A stretch of DNA of 64,000 nucleotides from a virus. The notes under the pieces were generated by a model, which made no database searches, had not been told where the DNA came from, and was given only the letters and a program-made list of their open reading frames with translations. Shown here in pieces: positions 57,211 through 64,000 of this stretch. Both the position numbers and the translations under genes were made by a program. The stretch spans positions 64,001-128,000 of IMG/VR virus record IMGVR_UViG_3300035670_000014. The stretch is one strand, 5' to 3'. Numbering within the stretch: position 1 is the stretch's first letter; the number at the start of each line of letters is the position of its first letter.

Positions 57211-57476
57211 ACTTCCTCCCAAGGTGATTCACTACCGCTTTCGATTAGATAAGCGTGTGCTTCGCTTATATCATTGAACGCCTGAAAACCGTTTTTGATT
57301 AGATAGGCGTGAACTTCGTTTACGTCATTGAACACTTGAAGATCACTACTTGTATCTAGGCGTACTACTGTTTCCTTTTCGTCGTCTGGGGTATCTACGT
57401 TGATGGGCATAGGTGGGTACAGGTATATTACCCCTGCCTCAGTGACTGACCGCCAGCCTTTACGCAGCTTTAACAT
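57207..57476 (-). CDS. 'ESPWEEV'-family paralog
   Basis: MLKLRKGW...YLYP...EAHAYL...ESPWEEV, with an internal duplication of the F.D..E.HAYLI motif. Confidence 0.75.
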   Translation of the reverse strand: MLKLRKGWRSVTEAGVIYLYPPMPINVDTPDDEKETVVRLDTSSDLQVFNDVNEVHAYLIKNGFQAFNDISEAHAYLIESGSESPWEEV

Positions 57477-57754
57477 ACTTCCTCCAAAGGGGATTCTACT
57501 TCCTCCCATGGTGATTTATTACCTGCCTTAATCAGTAATTCATGCGCTTCCAGAATACTGCTAAATATCAGAAACTCGCTATCACTAGCGCGTCGTAATG
57601 ACTTTGGATATGCCACTACCTCTTTTTTACCGTCTGGCGCATCCAGATAATAAACGTACCATTCGGAACCAGACGTATCTCTACCGGGCGGATACAGATA
57701 GGTTATTCCATCCTCAGTAACCAAATCCCATTCGTTACGTAATTTCAGTGTCAT
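57470..57754 (-). CDS. 'ESPWEEV'-family paralog
   Basis: MTLKLRNEW...YLYPP...AYP...EAHELL...KSPWEEVESPLEEVC. Confidence 0.75.
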   Translation of the reverse strand: MTLKLRNEWDLVTEDGITYLYPPGRDTSGSEWYVYYLDAPDGKKEVVAYPKSLRRASDSEFLIFSSILEAHELLIKAGNKSPWEEVESPLEEVC

Positions 57755-57926
57755 ACTTTCTCCCACGGCGACTCGCTGCCTCTAGGCGAGGGTGCGACGT
57801 ACCTAACCACCTCGCGCCAAACCGGCGAAAAGCAATCTCAAGCATTTCTGCCTGAAGCTCGGCCTGTGATTTTGACCGCACTTCGTCAAGCAGTCGATCT
57901 ATGAGCTGCTTCGTTTCGGTGCTCAT
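57735..57926 (-). CDS. Small hypothetical cassette gene
   Basis: Starts MSTETK at junction B; its 3' end reads out of frame through the next junction B. Confidence 0.55.
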   Translation of the reverse strand: MSTETKQLIDRLLDEVRSKSQAELQAEMLEIAFRRFGARWLGTSHPRLEAASRRGRKYDTEIT

Positions 57927-58027
57927 ACTGCCTCCCATGGCGATTCGTCGCCGCAGCCGTTGCCGCTGCCGTCGCGGCCACTGCTGTAGCCGTAGCCGCA
58001 TCCTGTCTGTGTATTATTCTGAGTCAT
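57923..58027 (-). CDS. 34-aa chimeric mini-gene MTQNNTQTG...ESPWEAV
   Basis: Translated by hand: a junction A start fused to a junction B end. Confidence 0.55.
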   Translation of the reverse strand: MTQNNTQTGCGYGYSSGRDGSGNGCGDESPWEAV

Positions 58028-58029
58028 CG

Positions 58030-58539
58030 TCATCGCGAGTACCCGAGTTCCCGCAAGCGAATCAATATCATATACGCGGACACATCGAAGTCGCGCGCCA
58101 GCTGGTTACCGTCCACCATCCCACGCACCCGGATGGCTGCATGCATGTAGTCGGTCGGCATAAGGAAGCTGGTAGCAAACCGATTAGCCTGTCGTTCCTG
58201 GATGGGGTCACCGCTTCCCCGAAGTTCGGTGTCTCGAAATACCAGACCGATGGGGTGCAGGAGGATGTGCCCAAGTTCGTGCGCCATCGTGAACCGCTGG
58301 CGTTGGTGCGAATCGCCAGCCCGAACCCAAATCTGGCCATATCCAAGCACGTCGGTCTTGGCAGCGCCGGCCACGTCCATCACCGAGCGATAGACTGCGA
58401 TGCCCAAGGAGTTGCAGAGCGCCTCCACATTAACTGGCAGACCCTTGACTTGAAGCTGATTCAAAACCAACTGCGCCGCAAGTTGTGGGGAGTTAGTAGC
58501 CCACGTTTCCACTATGTTTTTGAGTTCAGTCCAATGCAT
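58030..58539 (-). CDS. ImmA/IrrE-family metallopeptidase
   Basis: RQRFTMAHELGH and ERQANRFATSFLMP with a C-terminal HTH; probable start MHWTE after GAGG; GC-rich. Confidence 0.9.
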   Translation of the reverse strand: MHWTELKNIVETWATNSPQLAAQLVLNQLQVKGLPVNVEALCNSLGIAVYRSVMDVAGAAKTDVLGYGQIWVRAGDSHQRQRFTMAHELGHILLHPIGLVFRDTELRGSGDPIQERQANRFATSFLMPTDYMHAAIRVRGMVDGNQLARDFDVSAYMILIRLRELGYSR

Positions 58540-58696
58540 GCCGACCTCGCGAGCTAGGTGTTGACTCGCTGCAACCGTATCCGCTGCTATGAGCGCCGCC
58601 ATAACCACTACCGCCGGTGTTGCCGGTGCCGTAGCCTTCACCGTATCCGTAGCCGCTGCCGGAGCCGACGCCTGTCTGTGTATTATTCTGAGTCAT
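58526..58696 (-). CDS. Short Gly-rich repeat protein
   Basis: MTQNNTQTGVGSGSGYGYG... Confidence 0.6.
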   Translation of the reverse strand: MTQNNTQTGVGSGSGYGYGEGYGTGNTGGSGYGGAHSSGYGCSESTPSSRGRHALD

Positions 58697-59030
58697 AGTC
58701 ATCATCGTCATCACTTGCGGTGCCATTGCCATAGCCTTCTCCCTCTCCAAAGCCGAAACCGTTACCGTAGCCATAGCTATCGCCGCTACCATAGCCATCA
58801 CCGCCACCAGAGCCGGTGCCGTAACAATAGCCTAATCCGTTTCCAGATCCGTAACCTTTGCCCCATCCGTAGCCATCGTCATCGCCATAACCATCGCCAG
58901 AGCCAGAGCCTTTTCCGCGGCCAGAGCATTTTCCGCGGCCAGATCCGTAACCTTTGCCCCATCCGCAGCCGAAACGGTATCCGTTGCCGGAGCCGCTGTC
59001 TATCTGTGTATTATTCTGGGTCATTGTCAT
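58683..59030 (-). CDS. Gly-rich (GxG repeat) protein
   Basis: MTMTQNNTQIDSG...DDDYDSE. Confidence 0.75.
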   Translation of the reverse strand: MTMTQNNTQIDSGSGNGYRFGCGWGKGYGSGRGKCSGRGKGSGSGDGYGDDDGYGWGKGYGSGNGLGYCYGTGSGGGDGYGSGDSYGYGNGFGFGEGEGYGNGTASDDDDDYDSE

Positions 59031-59364
59031 CTCCGCAGCCTTCGCCGTAGCCGTTGCCTCCGCCGTTGCCGTCGCCGCGACGGTAGCCGCTGCCGTAGCC
59101 GTCTCCGGCGCCATAGCCATAGCCGTAGCCATCACCGCATCCATGGCCGCGACCGGGGCCACAACCATCTCCGCTGCCGTAGCCTTCGCCGTTGCCATAT
59201 CCATAGCCATATCCATATCCGCAGCCGTCGCCGTTGCCATGGCCATAGCTGTAGCCATAGCCGTAGCCATCACCGCATCCATGGCCTCGACCATCGGCGT
59301 ATCCTTCTCCGCAGCCATCGCCGCGCCCTGATTCGGTCTGTGTATTATTCTGTGCTATCGACAT
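59011..59364 (-). CDS. Gly-rich (GxG repeat) protein
   Basis: MSIAQNNTQTESG...DDNDPE. Confidence 0.75.
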   Translation of the reverse strand: MSIAQNNTQTESGRGDGCGEGYADGRGHGCGDGYGYGYSYGHGNGDGCGYGYGYGYGNGEGYGSGDGCGPGRGHGCGDGYGYGYGAGDGYGSGYRRGDGNGGGNGYGEGCGDDNDPE

Positions 59365-59680
59365 CGCCACCTCCATCGCCGCGACCGCAATCGTAGCCAC
59401 CACCGTAGCCGCAGCCATGGCCGTAGCCATCTCCTTCGCCGTAACCTTCGCCGTAGCCGTCGCCGTTGCCGTAGCCGACGCCGCCGCCGTAGCCGCTGCC
59501 GTATCCGCTACCGCTACCGTCGCCATTTCCTTTGACGTGACCTTCGCCGTTGCCGTAGCCGTGGCCGTCTCCGGTGCCCCAGCCGTAGGCGTAGCCGTAG
59601 CCGCCTCCCTCGCTGCCGTCGCGGCCACTTCCGTAGCCGTTGCCGTAGCCGTCGCCGCGCCCTGAAGTCACGGTGTCCAT
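59345..59680 (-). CDS. Gly-rich (GxG repeat) protein
   Basis: MDTVTSGRGDGYG...DVDSTE. Confidence 0.75.
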   Translation of the reverse strand: MDTVTSGRGDGYGNGYGSGRDGSEGGGYGYAYGWGTGDGHGYGNGEGHVKGNGDGSGSGYGSGYGGGVGYGNGDGYGEGYGEGDGYGHGCGYGGGYDCGRGDGGGDVDSTE

Positions 59681-59967
59681 ACGGGTGCCCCCATGACACT
59701 AGCTGCACCTGCTTCGGAGCAGAGCACAATCTCCACCACGTCACACGAAACAACCGCAGCAACGACCGGGGCAACCTTGCTCTCCGCGTGACTCAGGCCG
59801 TTCGCGGCAATCCCGTGACAGGACGCTGCCCCGCTCCAATACCAGACCTTGCGCGCATCACGCAACACGCATGACTTGCTGGCAAGGTCCAGAGACACCA
59901 ATACTCCGACGTGGACACCCGCGCGGTGGTCCCGAACCAACACTGTCTTTCCAACAAACTGTACCAT
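59668..59967 (-). CDS. Conserved phage protein (DUF6948-like), copy 1
   Basis: VLVRDHRAGVHVG...ARKVWYWSGAASCHGIA; GAGGAG RBS. Family name is recalled, not verified. Confidence 0.7.
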   Translation of the reverse strand: MVQFVGKTVLVRDHRAGVHVGVLVSLDLASKSCVLRDARKVWYWSGAASCHGIAANGLSHAESKVAPVVAAVVSCDVVEIVLCSEAGAASVMGAPVWTP

Positions 59968-60030
59968 GATCTCTTCTCCTCTTGTTACGCCCGAAATTGG
60001 GCATTTTGCGAACCAAAATATGGAATGTAG

Positions 60031-60276
60031 TTAAAGCACTTCTTCCCACGGCGATTCGCTACCGCTTTCAATTAGATAGGCGTGAGCCTCATTCATGTCA
60101 TAAAATACCATATATTCTTCTTTCCCATTGGGGTATGCTGCTATTTCTTTTTCACCGTCTGCTATATCTAGATAATCGACGTACCAGCCGTTACCAGTGG
60201 TGACTTCCTCTAGAGGATATAAATAAGTTACTCCACGATCGGTAACTGATTTCCACCCTTTCCTTAATTTCAACAT
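60031..60276 (-). CDS. 'ESPWEEV'-family paralog
   Basis: MLKLRKGW...AYPNG...EAHAYL...ESPWEEVL. Confidence 0.75.
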   Translation of the reverse strand: MLKLRKGWKSVTDRGVTYLYPLEEVTTGNGWYVDYLDIADGEKEIAAYPNGKEEYMVFYDMNEAHAYLIESGSESPWEEVL

Positions 60277-60512
60277 ACTTCCTCCCAAGGCGATTCGCTG
60301 CCAACGCTCAGAAGGTAAGCGTGGGCTTCTTCTATAGAGTCAAATTCAAAATCATTCATACCGCCGTTGGGATACACATAAATCCCTTTGCTTTCGATTA
60401 AAGCATAGGCGTGCCCCCAGCTCTCCCCTTCCCGGTAAATCCGTTCATGGCCTTTTCGGTAAGGATTATACATTTTTTCAATTTTCCAACCCTCACGTAC
60501 TTTCAGTGTCAT
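60270..60512 (-). CDS. 'ESPWEEV'-family paralog
   Basis: MTLKVREGW...YPNGG...EAHAYL...ESPWEEVC. Confidence 0.75.
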   Translation of the reverse strand: MTLKVREGWKIEKMYNPYRKGHERIYREGESWGHAYALIESKGIYVYPNGGMNDFEFDSIEEAHAYLLSVGSESPWEEVC

Positions 60513-60751
60513 ACTTCCTCCCAAGGCGATTTGCTACCAACGCTTAACAGGTAAGCGTGTGCTTCTTCGGTGGATTTACATTTAAATGAATCATTCCCAC
60601 CATTTGGATATGCATAAACAATTTTAGCATTTAAATCCATATAGACATACCAAAAAGGACCAAACTTAGGGCTAGTCCAGGGCGGGTAGAAATAAATGCT
60701 GCAATCTGTTTCCCAAGTCTTCCATCCTTCCCTTAATTTCAACATAGTCAC
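60509..60751 (-). CDS. 'ESPWEEV'-family paralog
   Basis: MLKLREGW...YPNGG...EAHAYL...KSPWEEV. Confidence 0.75.
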   Translation of the reverse strand: MTMLKLREGWKTWETDCSIYFYPPWTSPKFGPFWYVYMDLNAKIVYAYPNGGNDSFKCKSTEEAHAYLLSVGSKSPWEEV

Positions 60752-60781
60752 CTCTCTTGAAAGGATTAAGTGTTAAATGTT

Positions 60782-61105
60782 TTACTGAGCTACGTCAGAG
60801 TCTGCTTCCTCTTTAAGCATAAGTAATGCATAGCCAAGAATATCACCATAGGGTGACTCTCCAAAGGCATCTTTCCTGTTAGCAATGCGCATAAGCTTAT
60901 CAAAAATACGAGCAATAGTTAACATGTCTTTATACTGACTTACAGCAATTCCATTTGGATAAAGAATTTCAAGAAACTGCTGGGATTTACTAAAGCTACT
61001 TCCATAAGCTTCATTCTTTTGAGAAACAAGATTAGCAATAAATATTGCAATATTTTGATATGAGTTATTCATAGATTTTACTCTCTGATTACAAGTTAAG
61101 GCCAC
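60782..61105 (-). CDS. Nucleotide-modification-associated domain 1 (DUF1599-like) protein
   Basis: KNEAYGSSF, RIFDKLMRI and DILGYALL. Confidence 0.75.
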   Translation of the reverse strand: MALTCNQRVKSMNNSYQNIAIFIANLVSQKNEAYGSSFSKSQQFLEILYPNGIAVSQYKDMLTIARIFDKLMRIANRKDAFGESPYGDILGYALLMLKEEADSDVAQ

Positions 61106-61412
61106 AAGATTTTAATTCTTGCAAAGCAAGATATTCAATAAGACAATTATTAACAGACTCGTGGTCTAGTTCTTCATTATCAATCTTAGCTTTATTTATC
61201 ATAATAAAATCAGGGTCTTGAGTGTCTAAGGTTGCAGCAATGCACCAAGTATGAATACGTCTTGTATAAACAAAATCGGGGTCAAGAAGTGAAGTCCCTA
61301 TGTACTCTATATTAATAAAGTCACCAGGATTCACAACATTCTTCTCTAGAAGAGTAGAGATCTTCTTACTAGAGTATTTAATCAAGTTCTTTATAACATA
61401 TTCAGGCAGCAT
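61089..61412 (-). CDS. Hypothetical protein
   Basis: AAGGA RBS. Confidence 0.6.
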   Translation of the reverse strand: MLPEYVIKNLIKYSSKKISTLLEKNVVNPGDFINIEYIGTSLLDPDFVYTRRIHTWCIAATLDTQDPDFIMINKAKIDNEELDHESVNNCLIEYLALQELKSCGLNL

Positions 61413-61960
61413 TATAAGTCCTTTAGTTGGTTTAGCAAAATAAAATCTTCTATTTTATGAGTATACACCCATACCCATGGGTAAGCAGAGCTTACCAAGT
61501 CACAAAAGGCTAAATAAAACAACAAGTTCCTCGGCGGCGGAATATAACAATGTCAATTTTCTACTTCTTCTAGACTAAAATCTACAAGTTAGAAAAACAA
61601 TCCTTCTATTTTACCTAATAAAGCAACCTACCTAAAACAACCGAAGGTTGTTTCACCCAGTAACTATAAATCCTACTAACCCTAGATTCTACAAACCTAA
61701 TTACTACTAACTAACTACACCTAACACATAACGCATAGACATATATGCAAGTAGCATAAGACAGGTAAAGCAGAGTGCGAAGTGAGTGCAAAGACAGGTC
61801 AAGCAAAGTACGAAGTCAGGTCAAGCAGAGTGCATAAGGTAAGCATAAGATAGTTACAAAGTAGGCATGAAGCAGTTAACCCTCCGCATAAATCCTACTT
61901 CCAGACTTCTTATTACTCTGTTTACTATGGTTATAGTGGGTTTAAGATTAGTTGTATTTG

Positions 61961-62468
61961 ATTTGTCTATGGGGGAATAAACCTATTTTAATATTCTTAT
62001 TATGGTACTTATAGGTGTATTGAATGATATCAAGTACTTAGCTTATTTAGTATCTAGAAGATAGATAAACTGTATCTATATTGCCGGCGATTTCCTGTGT
62101 GAAATAAAACCTCCTTTCGATTTCCCTATGGGGAAATAAACCTCTTTTGCTTCTTAAGAAGCCAAGGCTATATGTCTCTTGTGTAATATCAAGGACTTAG
62201 CGGAGTTGGGGTATAAGGCCCTCTTAGGAGGTTGGTACAAGTGGGTCAATTTCACTATGTAAAAATGAACCACCTTTCGATTTCACTATGTAAAAACAAA
62301 CCTCTTTTAGGGCCGGCGTAATACAGAATATACCTGATTGTAATAATATCAAACACTTACAAACTTAGCCTGCTAGATACATCCTAGACCCATATACATA
62401 TAGTGTCAATTTCATATAGGAGAAACAAACCACCTTTCCATTTCCCTGTGGGAAATAAAACCTCTTTA
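61961..62468. repeat. Degenerate tandem repeats of about 160 bp in a 1.15-kb non-coding region
   Basis: Roughly 30-nt ATTTC...AAACC boxes at 61961, 62090/62120, 62249/62280 and 62409/62440; TATCAAnnACTTA at 62028, 62187 and 62347. Confidence 0.85.
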
Positions 62469-62579
62469 AGGATAAAGAGAGATGAAAGTGAGTCTAGTTG
62501 TAAAAGGGCAGGCCAAGGCTATATGTCTCTTATGCTGGTGTAGGCCGGAGTTTTAAGGCCCCTTTTCAGGGGCCTCGTT

Positions 62580-62798
62580 TCAGGGATCGTATTCCTCAAG
62601 GATCCCTTCGATCACTTCGATCCGGTCTCTGGCATCCGCGATGCTTGAGACGTGCCTGTCGATCTCTTCGTCGAAGAGAGTATGCTCACCTATACCCACT
62701 GGGTTTTCGATGATGGCTAGAAGGTTTGATTGTGCTGTAGCCTCTTTTGCCTTTTCACGCATAAGGGCCGCTTTAAGAAGTGCGATTCCTACTCTCAT
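62580..62798 (-). CDS. Small conserved phage protein (NPVGIGEH motif)
   Basis: Motif recalled from T4-like myovirus hypothetical proteins; GGAG RBS. Confidence 0.7.
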   Translation of the reverse strand: MRVGIALLKAALMREKAKEATAQSNLLAIIENPVGIGEHTLFDEEIDRHVSSIADARDRIEVIEGILEEYDP

Positions 62799-62828
62799 TG
62801 TATTCTCCGTTTTGTTGTTAGGGACCAG

Positions 62829-62902
62829 TGACCCCGACAGGAATTGAACCTGTGGCCTACGGATTAGGAATCCGTCGCTCTATCCGACTGAGCTACGAGG
62901 TC
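62829..62902 (-). tRNA. tRNA-Arg(CCT)
   Basis: GACCTCG/CGGGGTC, ACGGA-TT CCT AA-TCCGT, ACAGG-TTCAATT-CCTGT. Confidence 0.92.
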
Positions 62903-62958
62903 AGATAAGAAAAGCCCACTAGGGATAATGACAAAGTCACTAGCTAGTGGGTCAGATC

Positions 62959-63267
62959 TTACGCAGGCTCAGGTCCCCATTCTGGGCAGTCCATTACTGA
63001 ACTTGCACCTTCTGGGGTACAGAGTACTACTTCTACCACATCTGTAGAAGCAACCATGGGCACCATGGGTGCGACCCTGCTACCCTTGTGGCACAAGCCT
63101 CTGGCTGCAATGCCATGACATGAGGCAGCGCCTTCCCAATACCATACCTTGCGCGCATTTGTCAAAGTGCACGTTTTTGATGGCAAGTCAAGTGACACCA
63201 GTGTACCTACATGTACACCTGCACGGTTGTCTCGAACGAGAACAACCTGATTGATCATTGTATCCAT
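62959..63267 (-). CDS. Conserved phage protein (DUF6948-like), copy 2
   Basis: Close paralog of 59668-59967 (VLVRDNRAGVHVG...ARKVWYWEGAASCHGIA). Confidence 0.7.
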   Translation of the reverse strand: MDTMINQVVLVRDNRAGVHVGTLVSLDLPSKTCTLTNARKVWYWEGAASCHGIAARGLCHKGSRVAPMVPMVASTDVVEVVLCTPEGASSVMDCPEWGPEPA

Positions 63268-63296
63268 GAGAGCACCTTCTAGAAGAAGAAGTAAAC

Positions 63297-63707
63297 TTAC
63301 GCTGTGTGCGTCAGGTTCTCAGTTGGATAGATTACCTGAGCAACGCGTTTCCGAACTGTTTGATTGATTGTTGCCTTGACTTCCGGCTTTACTTCCGTTG
63401 TCACAGGAACAGCATTGGGAGCAGAAGCCACTGTCTCGGTCTTTGCTGCCGACTGAGCGATAGTCACTTCAACTGGAGTTGCAGTGGTGCCGCTAGCAGG
63501 AGCAGGAGCTGTCCAGTCCCGAGACTGCCTGAAGAGTTTCTTGTTAAACTCCCTGAAAGCTGGCAACATCTTCAGGCCGAAGGCCTGGTCGACAATAGCC
63601 AACGCAATCGTTACGCCAAATACTACAAAGATGTAGTAGCAGCCAACGAGGCAAAAGTAAGCGATAGAACCAAAGATAGCTGTCCAGATTGAACCTTCAT
63701 CTTGCAT
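63297..63707 (-). CDS. Membrane protein with Ala/Thr/Pro-rich tail
   Basis: N-terminal hydrophobic segment. Confidence 0.65.
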   Translation of the reverse strand: MQDEGSIWTAIFGSIAYFCLVGCYYIFVVFGVTIALAIVDQAFGLKMLPAFREFNKKLFRQSRDWTAPAPASGTTATPVEVTIAQSAAKTETVASAPNAVPVTTEVKPEVKATINQTVRKRVAQVIYPTENLTHTA

Positions 63708-63715
63708 GGCATTTC

Positions 63716-63886
63716 TCAGTAGTTAAGGGGGTGATCCCTGTATGGTTGATGATACTCGTAACCAGAATGGGAAACTGCAGCAGGGCCACCTGCAAATACC
63801 CAAAGAATACTTGCAATGGGAATTAGTATTGCGAAAAGTAATGTGCTCAAAAGAATGACTGTCAGATTGAGGACAATACTCTGCAT
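63716..63886 (-). CDS. Small membrane protein (56 aa)
   Basis: Translated by hand: MQSIVLNLTVILLSTLLFAILIPIASILWVFAGG... Confidence 0.45.
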   Translation of the reverse strand: MQSIVLNLTVILLSTLLFAILIPIASILWVFAGGPAAVSHSGYEYHQPYRDHPLNY

Positions 63887-64000
63887 TTTCTCTTACTTGC
63901 GGCGAGAGGATTTACGAGCACTCGGAGTTTCCTCCTTGATACTTTCGATTGCTGCACTGAGTGCAGTATCTGGTTCCTCCTGTTGAAGGATCGTAACTCC

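Larger units (their letters stand above)
58003..59365 (-). repeat. Junction A repeats (GAC-TCAGAATAATACACAGA) at about 58003, 58672, 59003 and 59336
   Basis: Reads DDxSE-stop in one frame and MTQNNTQ in the overlapping frame. Confidence 0.85.
57207..60538 (-). repeat. Junction B repeats (GAATCGCCnTGGGAGGAAGTATG) at about 57207, 57474 (tandem), 57751, 57923, 60031, 60274 and 60509
   Basis: Encodes ESPWEEV-stop, usually together with the GGAGG RBS and ATG of the next gene. Confidence 0.85.

Noticed and set aside
57901-59774. Ala/Val/Thr-rich and Arg-rich ORFs and long N-terminal extensions in the ORF track
   Set aside because: These are alternative-frame or antisense shadows of GC-rich Gly repeats; the real starts lie at junctions A and B.
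61961-62468. CRISPR array
   Set aside because: The repeats are degenerate, occur as adjacent pairs, and are separated by ~100-nt segments that share motifs; there is no cas operon.

Overview
AT-rich segment of a large (jumbo-like) dsDNA bacteriophage genome. Almost all genes are on the minus strand and it uses the standard code 11. Positions 1-17 kb hold replication, transcription and nucleotide genes: DnaG primase, sigma70-like factor, Cas4-like nuclease, a DnaE split into two genes, PhoH, MoxR/vWA, RecA and class II RNR. Positions 17-52 kb are mostly hypothetical genes, plus a DNA adenine MTase, SpoVG-like and Whirly-like nucleic-acid-binding proteins, ThyX, family-4 UDG, M28 peptidase, SpeD, TilS, an HD hydrolase and a deaminase. 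Seven tRNA genes are scattered from 38 to 63 kb. Positions 52-61 kb are a mosaic accessory region and 61.4-62.6 kb is a repeat-rich non-coding region. The main finding is a spore-photoproduct-lyase-like radical SAM gene broken inside its CxxxCxxC motif by a naturally split intein, whose halves are separated by an inverted, overlapping HNH endonuclease gene. Other notable findings are a phage protein carrying the plant Whirly motifs, an intein-free split DnaE with a degenerate duplicated palm segment, a tRNA-Ile with a 46-nt D-loop insertion next to a candidate four-way-junction ncRNA, an island bounded by two apparently chimeric tRNA-Leu genes, and a cassette array of Gly-rich and 'ESPWEEV' genes joined by two conserved junction sequences. 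All family calls are by motif recognition only; no searches were run.
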